A DNA stretch of 64,000 bases from Candidatus Gottesmanbacteria bacterium (GTDB lineage Bacteria > Patescibacteriota > Microgenomatia > UBA10105 > UBA927): assembly GCA_963809665.1 (NCBI GenBank), contig CAWEKC010000005.1, positions 104,392 to 168,391 of the forward strand, given 5' to 3'. Positions within the stretch are counted from its first letter, which is position 1. The number at the start of each line of letters is the position of its first letter. The position numbers were made by a program, and so were the translations under genes. The notes below the pieces were generated by a model. That model saw only the letters and a list, made by a program, of their open reading frames with translations, was not told the origin of the DNA and ran no database searches. Shown in pieces: positions 19,251-29,859 of this stretch.

Positions 19251-21203
19251 TTACACCTTTTCTACGGTAAATGTCGGCCGGGCGCTCTTATCCTCTTCGG
19301 TTATCATCATTGCCTGCCCGCCATCGCTACGCTCCCCGGCCGCCTCGCCTGGTTTGGCTGGCGGGCTGGCAGGCGTTAGCGGGCGGGGTTTTTGTACGCT
19401 TGCTTTGTTCTCTGCCAATTCCTGCGGTTTGGTGGTGGCAAGCGCGTGCTCTTCGGGGCTTGATATGACGCGGATGGCCGCGTGAGCCGGACCGGCAAAA
19501 AACAAGCCCTCGCCGATGTCGGCAGAGAGAAGCAGGTGTTGTTCTCCCTCGGACAAATAAAACACCTGCGCCACCTTATCAATGGCGGCGGACGATTGTT
19601 TGAGAAGTATCTGGACACTGCTGTTCTGGATGATGGATTTGCCCAGGTCAACGGACAAAAAGTCCTCGACGTCCTGGGTAATGGTCGTGAGCCCCAGATA
19701 ATATTTACGCGCACGTTTGGCGATGGAATTCAAAAATTGCCCCGAGTCCGGATATTTCATCATATACCACGCCTCGTCAACGATAAGGATCCGGCGCTTA
19801 ATGTCCCTGCGGATTTTCGTCCAGATATAATCAAGGATGAGGTACATGGCGATAGGCCGCAGCTCGTCTTCCAGATCCCGTATCGAAAATACCGTCAGTT
19901 GGTTACGTATTTCTACGTTGGTCTGCCGGTCAAAGATGCCGACCAGACTTCCTTTAACAAATTTTTCTATACGGTCCGCAAGGCCCCGGGCCGCAGGATC
20001 TTCCATGCCGATAAGAGCTTTATATAAATCTTCCATAAGCGGCGGCTCTTTCGTTTGTGTGGCGGGGTCAGGGGTAATTCCTTTTTGTTTATAGGTAAGG
20101 ATGAGCGCGCGGTCCAGAATGGCGTCTTCCGTGGGGGTGAGTTTTCCCATAACCACGCGGAAAAACCCGTGCAGGGATAATATTTTCTGGTTCAGCTCGC
20201 TTTCTTCCTCTTCTCCCTTGGTTTGGGTGAAGAGCGAGAGGTCAAACGGGTTAATTTTTGTCGTTGATCCGAAATGAAACCGGATGTATTCGCCCCCGAG
20301 CGCGTGGGAGAGCGATTCATATTCGGATTCCGGATCTATGACAATCACTTCCGTGTCAAACATAAGGCTCCGCATGATTTCCAGTTTCACCATGTAGCTT
20401 TTCCCGCTCCCGGACTTCCCGAACACGACGGTATTGGCGTTTTCCATCGTAAACCGGTCAAAGATAACCAGGCTATCATTGTGTTCATTAATACCATAGA
20501 GAATTCCTTCGTTGGCGGTGAGCTCCGATGTGGTAAAGGGGAATGTGGTCGCGAGCGACGTGGTGTCCATATTGCGTGTGATAACGAGTTGGTCCCGCCC
20601 CATGGGAAGCGTGGCTTTAAACCCTTCTTCCATCTGCAGAATTGCGCGTTTGGTAATAATAAGAAGCGACGAAAGCGTTGCCTCCACCTGTTTTGTGGTC
20701 TTGTTGAGGTCTTCAAGATTTTTTGCGGGTATCGTGATATACAGGGCAAACTGGAAAAAGCGCTGGGCGCCCTTGGCCAGTTCCTGCTGGAGGGCAACCG
20801 CGTCCTCGAGGGCGACCTGGACCGAGGGCTCCACAACCCTCCCGCGCTTCATGTCTGACTGAATGGTTGCCTCCATTTCCCCGACCCTGCGCTTGAGGTT
20901 TTCCAGAACCTCCTCGCTTTTCGTAGGGTACACATACATGGCAATGTCCAGCGTGTGGTTGAACGATATAAGCGGCTCCAGCCAGTTTGCGGACACAAAC
21001 CGCGGGTACCCGGCGACAAACAGTGTACGGAAATACCTGTCGCCGATTTTTATCGTATCAAAATCCACTTCAATCGCCGGCGGGGCAATGAGATCTTTCA
21101 CGGTTAACGGCCCGCCTCGCGTCGACGGTGCGTCTTCGCGAGTCGAGGCGGGCACGGGATTGACGAATTTTTTGACTGCTGATTGAACGCTCGATACATC
21201 CAT
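19251..21203 (-). CDS. VirB4-like type IV secretion ATPase
   Basis: Walker A GKSGSGKS, VIDPESEY, INPFD, Walker B LIVDEAW, RARKY..G...ITQ. Confidence 0.92.
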   Translation of the reverse strand: MDVSSVQSAVKKFVNPVPASTREDAPSTRGGPLTVKDLIAPPAIEVDFDTIKIGDRYFRTLFVAGYPRFVSANWLEPLISFNHTLDIAMYVYPTKSEEVLENLKRRVGEMEATIQSDMKRGRVVEPSVQVALEDAVALQQELAKGAQRFFQFALYITIPAKNLEDLNKTTKQVEATLSSLLIITKRAILQMEEGFKATLPMGRDQLVITRNMDTTSLATTFPFTTSELTANEGILYGINEHNDSLVIFDRFTMENANTVVFGKSGSGKSYMVKLEIMRSLMFDTEVIVIDPESEYESLSHALGGEYIRFHFGSTTKINPFDLSLFTQTKGEEEESELNQKILSLHGFFRVVMGKLTPTEDAILDRALILTYKQKGITPDPATQTKEPPLMEDLYKALIGMEDPAARGLADRIEKFVKGSLVGIFDRQTNVEIRNQLTVFSIRDLEDELRPIAMYLILDYIWTKIRRDIKRRILIVDEAWYMMKYPDSGQFLNSIAKRARKYYLGLTTITQDVEDFLSVDLGKSIIQNSSVQILLKQSSAAIDKVAQVFYLSEGEQHLLLSADIGEGLFFAGPAHAAIRVISSPEEHALATTKPQELAENKASVQKPRPLTPASPPAKPGEAAGERSDGGQAMMITEEDKSARPTFTVEKV

Positions 21204-21207
21204 ATGG

Positions 21208-21867
21208 TTACGTTCCCACCGCCTTCTCAATATTGGTGGGGTTGACAATCGGCGCGCCCTGGTTATAAATTTCATAGAACAGGCGCACAAGCTGCTCATT
21301 GGTTAATTGTTTCGCCGCCAGGCCGATGCGGTTCAGAAGCCGGATGATCTGATCTCCTTTCGGCGCCAGGACGATAAGCGCCCGTTCAAAAATATAGGGT
21401 CTCGGGTACGGGAGGCCCCGTTTTTTTGACCCGCCCAAAAGTACGTTAGCGCTCACGCCCAGCTCCAGATATGAGAAGGGTACGACGATGTAAAATTTCT
21501 TATCCAGAACATCTTTTTCCTTAACGGTTGCTGCGACAAACAGGCGGTATCCGTGCATCGCTGCGGCAAGCTTCGGATTTTTCTGTATTTTTTCGCGGTC
21601 TTCCAGCGTCTGCAGATATGCCGTCACGTCTTTGTGTTGGGTGCGGATAAGAATTTCAATCGGAAACGACAGGGAGTTGAGGAGCCCCGCATACGCATAA
21701 ATAATGGCATCCTGTTCTTTTTCGGACAACAATCCGAAATTGACGGCGGTCGCCGATACGACCATGGAACACGAGCCGTCTGTATACATAACAATCCCGT
21801 GGTCGATAGTTTCTATTTCTGTGAATAGTTGTGTGGATGAGCGGATGGGCACGATTGAATCCGGCAT
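21208..21867 (-). CDS. Conserved VirB4-associated protein
   Basis: STQLF..I..I..GIV, VNFGLLSEKEQDAII..Y..LLNSLSFPIEIL; lies between prgI and virB4. Confidence 0.7.
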   Translation of the reverse strand: MPDSIVPIRSSTQLFTEIETIDHGIVMYTDGSCSMVVSATAVNFGLLSEKEQDAIIYAYAGLLNSLSFPIEILIRTQHKDVTAYLQTLEDREKIQKNPKLAAAMHGYRLFVAATVKEKDVLDKKFYIVVPFSYLELGVSANVLLGGSKKRGLPYPRPYIFERALIVLAPKGDQIIRLLNRIGLAAKQLTNEQLVRLFYEIYNQGAPIVNPTNIEKAVGT

Positions 21868-21871
21868 ACGA

Positions 21872-23122
21872 TTACTGTGTTGTTGTCCCGAACAATTCTT
21901 TCTCAAGTTTTGCTCGTGTTATTTCTTTTTCTGTTTTTGCAAAAATTTCAAGCGCGGGTACGATCGATCCGTTGAGCGTGATTTGCGCCCGATCAAAGGT
22001 AAAGCGCAGGCGCGGATCCTCTACTTCTACAAAATACGTGCCATTGGGAAGCTGGGTGGATGCCGCAAATTGCCCGAGACGGTTTGTTTTGAGGGCCCGC
22101 AGCGGCATACCCTCTTTGTCTTTCACCGTCACGAGGACACCGGGTAATAAATTTTTATCTTTATCCTTGACGATCCCCGTGACGATATTGGGGAACGTGG
22201 TAAGCCGCGGAAGACCCACTTTTGCCGCCCGTCCGGGACCAATGACTTGGATGGTGGGCATAGCGGGTGTGGAAGGCGTTTGCGTCGTAGTCGTCGTTGT
22301 GGGCTCAATTTTCGGGGCGCTGCTTTGCGCTCGCAGATGTGCCATTTCCGTCATCATTTTTTCCTGTTCGGCCAAGAGTTCGGTCAATTGCGTCTGCAGT
22401 TCCGCTACACGAGATTCCGCAGCGTTTTTACTTTCCAACTCCGCCGTGAGCTTTTTAAGTTTTTCTTCAAGGACCGATTCTTTGAGCTGGGTATCCGCAA
22501 GCTCCCGTGCGACGCTTGGGGCGGGTCTCACAATCGGGGGAGGCGAAAAATCCATCTGACGCGCCCGTATAGCCGCCTGCATGGCAACAGGAGGTGCCTT
22601 TTTGGGTTTGGGCGTCCAAAAGTCGGAAAGAATGTCAAACAGGCTTCGCTTGGGGGCAGCAACCGTAATGACCTCCTGGGACGTGGGAGGCGGTACGCTG
22701 AAGGAGGGAGCAGGAATAAAAATATTTTGCAGAATATCTCCGCGGCGCGTCTGGGGCTCGGCAGCCCGCGGCGGGACAACCACCGCCCTACCGGCCGGCA
22801 GGTTTGATTGAGGTTGTGGTTGAGCCGGAGGTGAAACCTGTTTTTTCCATACATACTGCGTCGGGTTATAAATACTCCTGATAAACGAAAGAACCCACAC
22901 GTCCATAGGACGCTCTTCAACCGGTACAAATGCCAGCCCGAATCCCAGAATCGCAGAAAATACTGCCAGCGGCACGGTAAAAATAAATGGCAGCGGTAGT
23001 TTGTATATGATGTAGGCGACGACTGCCCCGCCCACAAGATACCCGAATTGTTTCAAAGTCATATCGCCGATCAGGCGGAATTGAAACGTGGTGACATTTT
23101 GCGGTATCGGATGCTGTTCCAT
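21872..23122 (-). CDS. PrgI-family protein with coiled coil and C-terminal carboxypeptidase-regulatory-like domain
   Basis: QHPIPQNVTTFQFRLIGDMTLKQFG N-terminus, 2 TMs, C-terminal GIVKD....LPGVLVTV. Confidence 0.8.
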   Translation of the reverse strand: MEQHPIPQNVTTFQFRLIGDMTLKQFGYLVGGAVVAYIIYKLPLPFIFTVPLAVFSAILGFGLAFVPVEERPMDVWVLSFIRSIYNPTQYVWKKQVSPPAQPQPQSNLPAGRAVVVPPRAAEPQTRRGDILQNIFIPAPSFSVPPPTSQEVITVAAPKRSLFDILSDFWTPKPKKAPPVAMQAAIRARQMDFSPPPIVRPAPSVARELADTQLKESVLEEKLKKLTAELESKNAAESRVAELQTQLTELLAEQEKMMTEMAHLRAQSSAPKIEPTTTTTTQTPSTPAMPTIQVIGPGRAAKVGLPRLTTFPNIVTGIVKDKDKNLLPGVLVTVKDKEGMPLRALKTNRLGQFAASTQLPNGTYFVEVEDPRLRFTFDRAQITLNGSIVPALEIFAKTEKEITRAKLEKELFGTTTQ

Positions 23123-23227
23123 AGATTGAATGCAAACATTCCCCGATTGACGTCGAGGGGATCATTTTTATTTTACGGGTGTTTTTTTTACTGCGCAATA
23201 GCACAAAGCGCATCAGGACCGTGAAAA

Positions 23228-23256
23228 CTTAAAAATTTTCCGTGAAAATTTTTAAG
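23228..23256. repeat. Perfect 13-bp inverted repeat between divergent prgI and nadD
   Basis: CTTAAAAATTTTC-cgt-GAAAATTTTTAAG. Confidence 0.8.
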
Positions 23257-23300
23257 CCCGAGCTTGCCGAGGGATCTACCACCTATGGTACAATTGTCTC

Positions 23301-23870
23301 ATGAAAATCGGAATTCTCGGTGGCTCATTTGACCCTCCGCATTTCGGACACCTCTTGTTGGCCCGCCAGACGAGGGAAATTATGGGACTCGACGAAATCT
23401 GGCTTATGCCGTATTTTGCCCACAGCTGGGACCCGACCTTATCGCCGGCGGAAGAACGATTAGCCATGGCCCGGCTCATTGAAGAGCCGGGAATCGTCGT
23501 GTCGGAGGAAGAGACGAGTCAGAAAGCGACAAACTATACGATCGACACTATCCGCAGGTTGAAAACCAAGCACACACATGAATTTTTTTGGATTGTCGGC
23601 AGCGATATATTAGGAGAGTTTCCGCGGTGGAGGGACCACGAAGCGCTTTCCAAGGAAATACCGTTCTTTGTGTTTCCAAGGAACGGGTATCCCACGTCCA
23701 CGGCTCTCCCGCCCGGATTCCAGCTTATCGATTCTCCGGACATTATTACGTCAAATATTTCTTCCACTGTGGTGCGAAAGCGCCTGCAACAGTCACATTC
23801 GGTCGTCGGGCTCATTCCTGCCGATGTGCTTGCCTACATCCATGAGCACAAATTATATGACATCCGTTGA
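23301..23870 (+). CDS. nadD: Nicotinate-nucleotide adenylyltransferase
   Basis: GGSFDPPHFGH, YTIDT, WIVGSD, ISSTVVR. Confidence 0.95.
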   Translation: MKIGILGGSFDPPHFGHLLLARQTREIMGLDEIWLMPYFAHSWDPTLSPAEERLAMARLIEEPGIVVSEEETSQKATNYTIDTIRRLKTKHTHEFFWIVGSDILGEFPRWRDHEALSKEIPFFVFPRNGYPTSTALPPGFQLIDSPDIITSNISSTVVRKRLQQSHSVVGLIPADVLAYIHEHKLYDIR

Positions 23871-24624
23871 TCCGAAAACGGTTTCAGGGCGCCTCTCCGA
23901 TTTTTTACATCACTCTTTTGCCGCGGCCGGTTTTTCCGATGCGGTCATCGGGCTGTCCGGAGGGGTGGATTCGGCCGTCAGTTGTATATTAGCCGTGCGT
24001 GCGATCGGGGTTGATCATGTGTACCCGGTCTTACTTCCGTACGGATCTTTAAGCACGCAATCAACACTCGACGCGATGAGTATCATTGAAATGGTAAAAA
24101 TATCCCCGTCTCATGTTGTACGGATTGATATACAGCCGGTTCTTAATTCTATTACTGCAAAAGAGTTCGGCATGGACAATATCCGGAAGGGAAATCTTAT
24201 GGCACGCGCACGTATGATGGTTCTGTATGATCATGCAAAAAAACGCCGTGCGCTGGTCGTGGGTACGGAGAATAAGAGTGAGTACCTATTAGGCTACTTT
24301 ACCCGCTTCGGGGACGAGGCAAGCGATATCGAACCCCTGCGCGGTCTGTATAAAACGCAGGTCTATGATCTTGCAAAATACTTGGGAGTGCCGGATACAA
24401 TTCTTGCCAAAAAACCCACAGCAGGTCTCTGGGAGGGGCAGACGGACGAGGGAGAATTCGGGTTTACCTACAAGGATGCGGACGAGATTTTATCGCTCTC
24501 ATTTGACGGAAAAAAATCAACCGAAGAGATTGTTGCCGCAGGATTTTCCAAGGAAATCGTTGATAAAGTTCTTGCGCATGTGCGCGCCAACGACTTCAAA
24601 CACCATTTGCCGATAGTACCCTAA
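23857..24624 (+). CDS. nadE: NH3-dependent NAD+ synthetase
   Basis: GLSGGVDSA, GNLMARARM, GYFTRFGD, LYKTQV, PTAGLWEGQTDE. Confidence 0.95.
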   Translation: MTSVDPKTVSGRLSDFLHHSFAAAGFSDAVIGLSGGVDSAVSCILAVRAIGVDHVYPVLLPYGSLSTQSTLDAMSIIEMVKISPSHVVRIDIQPVLNSITAKEFGMDNIRKGNLMARARMMVLYDHAKKRRALVVGTENKSEYLLGYFTRFGDEASDIEPLRGLYKTQVYDLAKYLGVPDTILAKKPTAGLWEGQTDEGEFGFTYKDADEILSLSFDGKKSTEEIVAAGFSKEIVDKVLAHVRANDFKHHLPIVP

Positions 24625-24677
24625 TCCAACCTCTTGCTTGCGTGACACCTCCGTGACGCGATACAATCGTGGTATCT

Positions 24678-27600
24678 ATGGCAGAAGCGGAAACAAAATC
24701 CGAAACGAATGTCAGCAAAGTCATCGCAAATATTTTAAAGGCGGCGCGCGAACAGTCGAAACAGCCGAAACCGGAAGAGGTTGCCAAGATTGTACACCGT
24801 ATATATCCGGAAAAAAAAGCGGCTCCCGACGCGAAACAAGCCCGCACCGACCGCATTATTGAAAATGCCAAACATGTGGTCGTTGAAGCAAAAATCCAAG
24901 GTGTACATGTATCCACGGGGTTACACGAGTGGGTTGGCCGAAACAAGCTTCCCATATTAGACAAAGACCCCTCACAAGCGTTCAGAATTGCCAAAGCGGA
25001 TCTTTCTGTTGCCATAAAAGCGTCCGATTTAGCTGAAGACCACTGGGTTGTACGTGCAGCATCCCGGGTAAAAAACGCAGAATCAGCAGAAGCGCTTGCA
25101 ATTATCGCGCTTGCCCCCGAAGACGTGCGAGAGAATCCCAATTTTATGTTCCAGACTGCGGCGCAACTTGCGGGCTCTAATCTTGATCCCGAAACCCAGG
25201 TAACAACCAAAGCGTTTGTTGCGGAACTGAAAACCCTGCGGGGGGTTGACGGATTTGAGATGAGCGACCGCCAGTTGTCACAGGCACTGACGGAGCAGGG
25301 GCTAGGGGCGATGCCCGCGCCATCACCGGATTTTGACCCCGCACTATTTTCAACTTTACCCAATGAGGCACAGGATGTATTCCGCGCGCTTAATTCACAG
25401 TTATCAGGTGCAGCAACAGAAGTGGAAAAATTTGAAATTCTTGATTCTTTTTCTGACCAAATCCACGCAATTGATACCAAAGGGTTTAATCAATCTCAAC
25501 GTGAGGTTTTGTCTCGGTTGCTAGTTATAAAAAATAGTATAGAAAGAGATTTAAAGTTTAAAATTTCTCCCCGTATATCCGTGGATAAAGATTGGTTTAG
25601 GGATAATGACCTGCCCATTCCGAAGTCAAAGAATTTTACGTTTGAAACACGCCTGAGTAAAGAGGAAATTAAAGCCATGTGTGCCAAGGCGGACGAAGAT
25701 GGCTTTGATGGTTTTGACAGGGCATACGAACTTTTATCAGACCGCATTTTTACCAGTGGAAGCGAGGCACATCAACCGGATATTACGGACTCCTATGAAT
25801 ATAAGGAGATAGAAAATCTTCTCCGGTATGTGCACGGGGAAGAGAGTGCTATTGTGAATGCAACCAGGGAACGATGGGAAAACGATTACAGGAGAAACGT
25901 TGTCGCAACCCGTACTATTACTGGGGGTGCAAATGAAAAAGAACTCGTGGAAAGTTTACCAAGCGCCATCGCCTCGAACACCCTTAATTATGAGGCAAGC
26001 ATTAAATTTGCTCCCGAGGCCGTTGCCGCGGAAGAGCAGACGATCAGAGAACTAGCAGCAGAGCAGGCATTTAAATGTGAGAAAGACACGCGATATCTTA
26101 AGGAACTTATTCCCGATCCCGATCCGCATCATATAGGAGAACATATAAGTCGGGAAGAAGCGTGGCGCCGCAATCCAGCAGATTTTCATGGGAATGAGTA
26201 TATTCGGACAGAAGATGCAATGCGTGCAGCACGCGGGAGCATTGTTCATGACGAATGGTTTGTTCCGAACTCGCCGAAATTCGCCAGACTAATTGCCGTA
26301 ACTAAAGCCATGACGGATGAAATTGAGGATCCCGTCAATCCGATAACTGAAGCAGCTGCTCTAGTAAAATATAATGATAATGCAAACCACGAGTTGGAAA
26401 ACCTCTGGAAACTGGTGACCCTGGAAAAACATCCACCCCCAGGCGGGTTGTACAACCCCAAATACCTTAACGCAATCAAGGGATTTTCTCCGCTTGAGAT
26501 TCGTACACATAAACAACTCGAATCGTTTGTAAAGCTGAAATTTCTTCAGCAGGGGAGAACGTGGAATGAAGAGGTAGACAATATTAAGTTACGGCGTGCA
26601 ATGTTTTCCGCCCGGCGCTATATGGTGGGCAGCAAACGGCTGTTTTCTCTGGTTGGGCATCTTTCCAACATGCCGGGGCTCGAAATAGAGGCGGGAGCTG
26701 CAGACGTGATGCCCGAGACCCTCGAATACGTCATGCGGACCGAAGTACCCGAGCGCTTCGTGTTTGCGCGCTTTGGTATAGGAAAGGAAGTTGGCATCCG
26801 GATCATGTCTGTAGAACAGGAAGAGTTGTGTGCATTGCGGGGTGTGACGCTAGATAAAAACGAAAGACTTGTACCGATATTAAATAATAGTAAGAGTGCA
26901 AAGGAAGAATCAATTCCGAAGCGGCGGTACAGGACAGTACTCCAAAAAGCGAAAGAGAAATTCGGACTCAGATATACAACGCTAGCCACAGGAACACTGT
27001 TGGAATCAACGAGCCCGTTTGACTACAGTACGTGGAGGGCGGAAGAGGGAATCTGGCGGGTGCTGCAGGAAAAATTTGGGGAAAACGCACGACATATGGC
27101 ATATGGCACCCAGTTGAAGCTGCTCGGAACATATGAAGGTAGAATTCCAGAAACTCGAAAAGAAGTCGAAGCAATAAAAAATTATTTTGAGAGAAGAAGG
27201 GTATTAACCGAAATGACCCACAGAACGCCATCGTTTATTTTTCAGCTTATCGGTAAAGATCTGGATACGAGTTTAGAGAATCTGCGTACGACGGGCGCGG
27301 TACACATCGATGTTTCACCAGGAAGCACAGAAGGAAAGAAATTTTTCTCAATTTTAGGTTTGGCAGAGCGCAGGGTAACTACAGAGCGAAGCGCACCTCC
27401 GGGCCATAACTTTTTTGAGCGTGGGATATTTAACTTGGGTACCCCCACCGATTTTAATGAGGTATTTGATGATACGCTTTTTCATGCAGTCGGTATTACG
27501 GCTCGCGAACAAATAGACGCGCTTAAAGTTGATTATCTTAAAATCATCCAGACAGCGCAGCATGTCTTTAATCCGCGACCGGAAGAGGGGTATCTGGAGC

Positions 27601-28403
27601 AGTTTGCTCAGCGCGGCATGCCTATCACGCTCACCATGTCCGACTTCGACCTTGCGGATGCGGACTTTCAACGCATAGGCGCGTCGGGCCAACGGCGGAC
27701 CGACCAAGGCGACGCCATGTCAAGACTTGAGGCACGGAGCGCTCTGATGACCATACTAAACGACCCTGATGTTTCCCTTCCGGATAACCCAGAGAAGACA
27801 TTTATTCCCGTACTTAAGAAGCTTATGGGAGATATAAACAGTTATAAAGATGGATATTTTGCAGAAAAGCGATCTGCCATCATGCTAGATGCGGTATTAA
27901 GCCAGAATGTTGCAAAGGATTTTTACCGGGGCATAATTCAAGCAGTTCCGTTCTTGCCGGGGTTAATTCGCAATATTGTTGCACAGGACGCGCGGAAGCC
28001 GTTGGTCCGGGCGTTATTATGGCCCGCAAAGCAATTAGCCATGGGGTATGCAGACCTGAGCGGGCAATCCGAGTTACGTGAATTATTACAGTCGAATCCG
28101 GAAGAGTGGCCAAAAATATTCGGTCAGGAATTCATTTCGGAAGCTGCAGCGGTAAAGGGATTTCACGGTAATGCGCTTAAGGCGCTGGGGACAGAAAGAT
28201 TTATCCAGCAAATAGAGAAGTCGGGATTATTCACCCATCATGAGTTTCTTCACAATCTGAAGGATAAATATAAAACAAGGTTTCAGTTCAAGTTTGCCGA
28301 ATTCGGTATGCGGTATTGGTGGGTACCCTGGGCCGCAGCCCTCGCCGTGGGAATAATGATTGCGATGAAAGAGCAGGGGCTAGATTCGGACGGGCATAAA
28401 TAA
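24678..28403 (+). CDS. Large hypothetical protein (~1240 aa) with C-terminal TM segment
   Basis: Long open frame, charged and helical-looking; C-terminal YWWVPWAAALAVGIMIAM; no family recognised. Confidence 0.7.
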   Translation: MAEAETKSETNVSKVIANILKAAREQSKQPKPEEVAKIVHRIYPEKKAAPDAKQARTDRIIENAKHVVVEAKIQGVHVSTGLHEWVGRNKLPILDKDPSQAFRIAKADLSVAIKASDLAEDHWVVRAASRVKNAESAEALAIIALAPEDVRENPNFMFQTAAQLAGSNLDPETQVTTKAFVAELKTLRGVDGFEMSDRQLSQALTEQGLGAMPAPSPDFDPALFSTLPNEAQDVFRALNSQLSGAATEVEKFEILDSFSDQIHAIDTKGFNQSQREVLSRLLVIKNSIERDLKFKISPRISVDKDWFRDNDLPIPKSKNFTFETRLSKEEIKAMCAKADEDGFDGFDRAYELLSDRIFTSGSEAHQPDITDSYEYKEIENLLRYVHGEESAIVNATRERWENDYRRNVVATRTITGGANEKELVESLPSAIASNTLNYEASIKFAPEAVAAEEQTIRELAAEQAFKCEKDTRYLKELIPDPDPHHIGEHISREEAWRRNPADFHGNEYIRTEDAMRAARGSIVHDEWFVPNSPKFARLIAVTKAMTDEIEDPVNPITEAAALVKYNDNANHELENLWKLVTLEKHPPPGGLYNPKYLNAIKGFSPLEIRTHKQLESFVKLKFLQQGRTWNEEVDNIKLRRAMFSARRYMVGSKRLFSLVGHLSNMPGLEIEAGAADVMPETLEYVMRTEVPERFVFARFGIGKEVGIRIMSVEQEELCALRGVTLDKNERLVPILNNSKSAKEESIPKRRYRTVLQKAKEKFGLRYTTLATGTLLESTSPFDYSTWRAEEGIWRVLQEKFGENARHMAYGTQLKLLGTYEGRIPETRKEVEAIKNYFERRRVLTEMTHRTPSFIFQLIGKDLDTSLENLRTTGAVHIDVSPGSTEGKKFFSILGLAERRVTTERSAPPGHNFFERGIFNLGTPTDFNEVFDDTLFHAVGITAREQIDALKVDYLKIIQTAQHVFNPRPEEGYLEQFAQRGMPITLTMSDFDLADADFQRIGASGQRRTDQGDAMSRLEARSALMTILNDPDVSLPDNPEKTFIPVLKKLMGDINSYKDGYFAEKRSAIMLDAVLSQNVAKDFYRGIIQAVPFLPGLIRNIVAQDARKPLVRALLWPAKQLAMGYADLSGQSELRELLQSNPEEWPKIFGQEFISEAAAVKGFHGNALKALGTERFIQQIEKSGLFTHHEFLHNLKDKYKTRFQFKFAEFGMRYWWVPWAAALAVGIMIAMKEQGLDSDGHK

Positions 28404-28407
28404 TAGT

Positions 28408-29820
28408 CTATCCTTCTTCTGCGGGAGGCGGTGGGGGATTGCCTTTGCCAGCCTCAATAGCATTATGAAGATCTCTATTACTTTGTAGTGTTTGTTTTTG
28501 AATTTTGTGGCTGGATATCATGCTTCCGATTTGAACTGCCTGCATGGCAATACCGCTTGCAGCACCCAGTCCTCCGCCCGTTCCGCCAAGAAGCGATTTA
28601 GTTTTAAGTGCCTGCTTGATGGAATTGGCCATACCCGGAATAGTGAGAAGTATTCCCAGACCGATAACTCCGATCCACCCCGAAGATCCTCCATTAGCGA
28701 GGAGCGGCGGGGTCCAGAGTTTGGTTGCACCCTGATCAAAATTGGCTAATATTGTCCCGACCATAAGCATCGCAGCGGTAACGGGGAATACGGCAATATT
28801 GGAAATTAAATTTTTGAACCACGACGAGAAGCCCGTACCGCCGGGGAATGCCTCGGTGAGAATTTGCAGCGGACCGATGAGCACGCTGATAAGAATTTGT
28901 ATATACGCGCCTACTAGCATAAATAATATACGAATCCACGCAATGACTAGTACAAGCGATACGATAATTGAAATGAGTGCACCGATGACCGGGGCGAGCG
29001 CACCCTCCGCGGCACCGGTAGCGCCTGCAGTAATGCCGCCGGTGAGAAGATCTGTAATGTTATTGACAGCAGCAAATCCCCCCCCGAACACCGCACTAAA
29101 GAGATTCCAGAATCCTCCGTTCACGTATGTTGATCCCGTTGTTGGCGCTAGTGCGCCGTTACTGACGGGAATCAACAGTGATGCGATGAGCGCGATCATC
29201 AAATACATGAGGTCAATCATAAATCCGACAATCGCATAAGAAAACGTAATCAGAAGAAGGGTAACGACGATTTTCGGTAGCGCATTCTGGACCGTCACAA
29301 CGGTCTTCGGATCGATTTTCTTCCGGAACATAACCATAAAACCAATAACAACCATCACGACCGCAAGCAGGGCATAGGCAATATTACGGAATCCCTTCCA
29401 GAGAGGAAGAAGAACGGAGAGACCGCTGAACCCGATTCCCTGCGCATTCACCTGACGCGGCATGAATCCGAGCGTTTGTCCGGTATCCCGTATCCACAGA
29501 GCCAGATCCGCAGGGGGATTGTTATACATGGCTACTGCCACGTTTTGCATTGAAGCAATTGCGCTCTTACCGTAATAGAATGCGCTTGCAGGGTTTGAGC
29601 TGCAGCCTGTAGCCATGCACGAGAATGTGTTCATGTAGAGCACCTGGGTATTTACGGTATACACTTCTTTGCTCATTTGTCCATTTTGAGATTTTTGGTC
29701 TACAACCGCGCCGAATTCTTCTGCGCTGGGCGCCGGATTAATCGCTTGTGCGTGGGCTGCCGGCACAAAAATCCAGCCAGTGAGAATGAGAACGAGGAAT
29801 ACGAGCAGCGTACGCTTCAT
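28408..29820 (-). CDS. VirB6/TrbL-like polytopic membrane protein
   Basis: Signal peptide, W..FRNIAY, LITFSYAIVGFMIDL, IGPL......PG....SW.K.L; next to the pilin array. Confidence 0.7.
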   Translation of the reverse strand: MKRTLLVFLVLILTGWIFVPAAHAQAINPAPSAEEFGAVVDQKSQNGQMSKEVYTVNTQVLYMNTFSCMATGCSSNPASAFYYGKSAIASMQNVAVAMYNNPPADLALWIRDTGQTLGFMPRQVNAQGIGFSGLSVLLPLWKGFRNIAYALLAVVMVVIGFMVMFRKKIDPKTVVTVQNALPKIVVTLLLITFSYAIVGFMIDLMYLMIALIASLLIPVSNGALAPTTGSTYVNGGFWNLFSAVFGGGFAAVNNITDLLTGGITAGATGAAEGALAPVIGALISIIVSLVLVIAWIRILFMLVGAYIQILISVLIGPLQILTEAFPGGTGFSSWFKNLISNIAVFPVTAAMLMVGTILANFDQGATKLWTPPLLANGGSSGWIGVIGLGILLTIPGMANSIKQALKTKSLLGGTGGGLGAASGIAMQAVQIGSMISSHKIQKQTLQSNRDLHNAIEAGKGNPPPPPAEEG

Positions 29821-29859
29821 AGATCTATTATGCTAACTATGTTGGTATGAGTCAATGTG

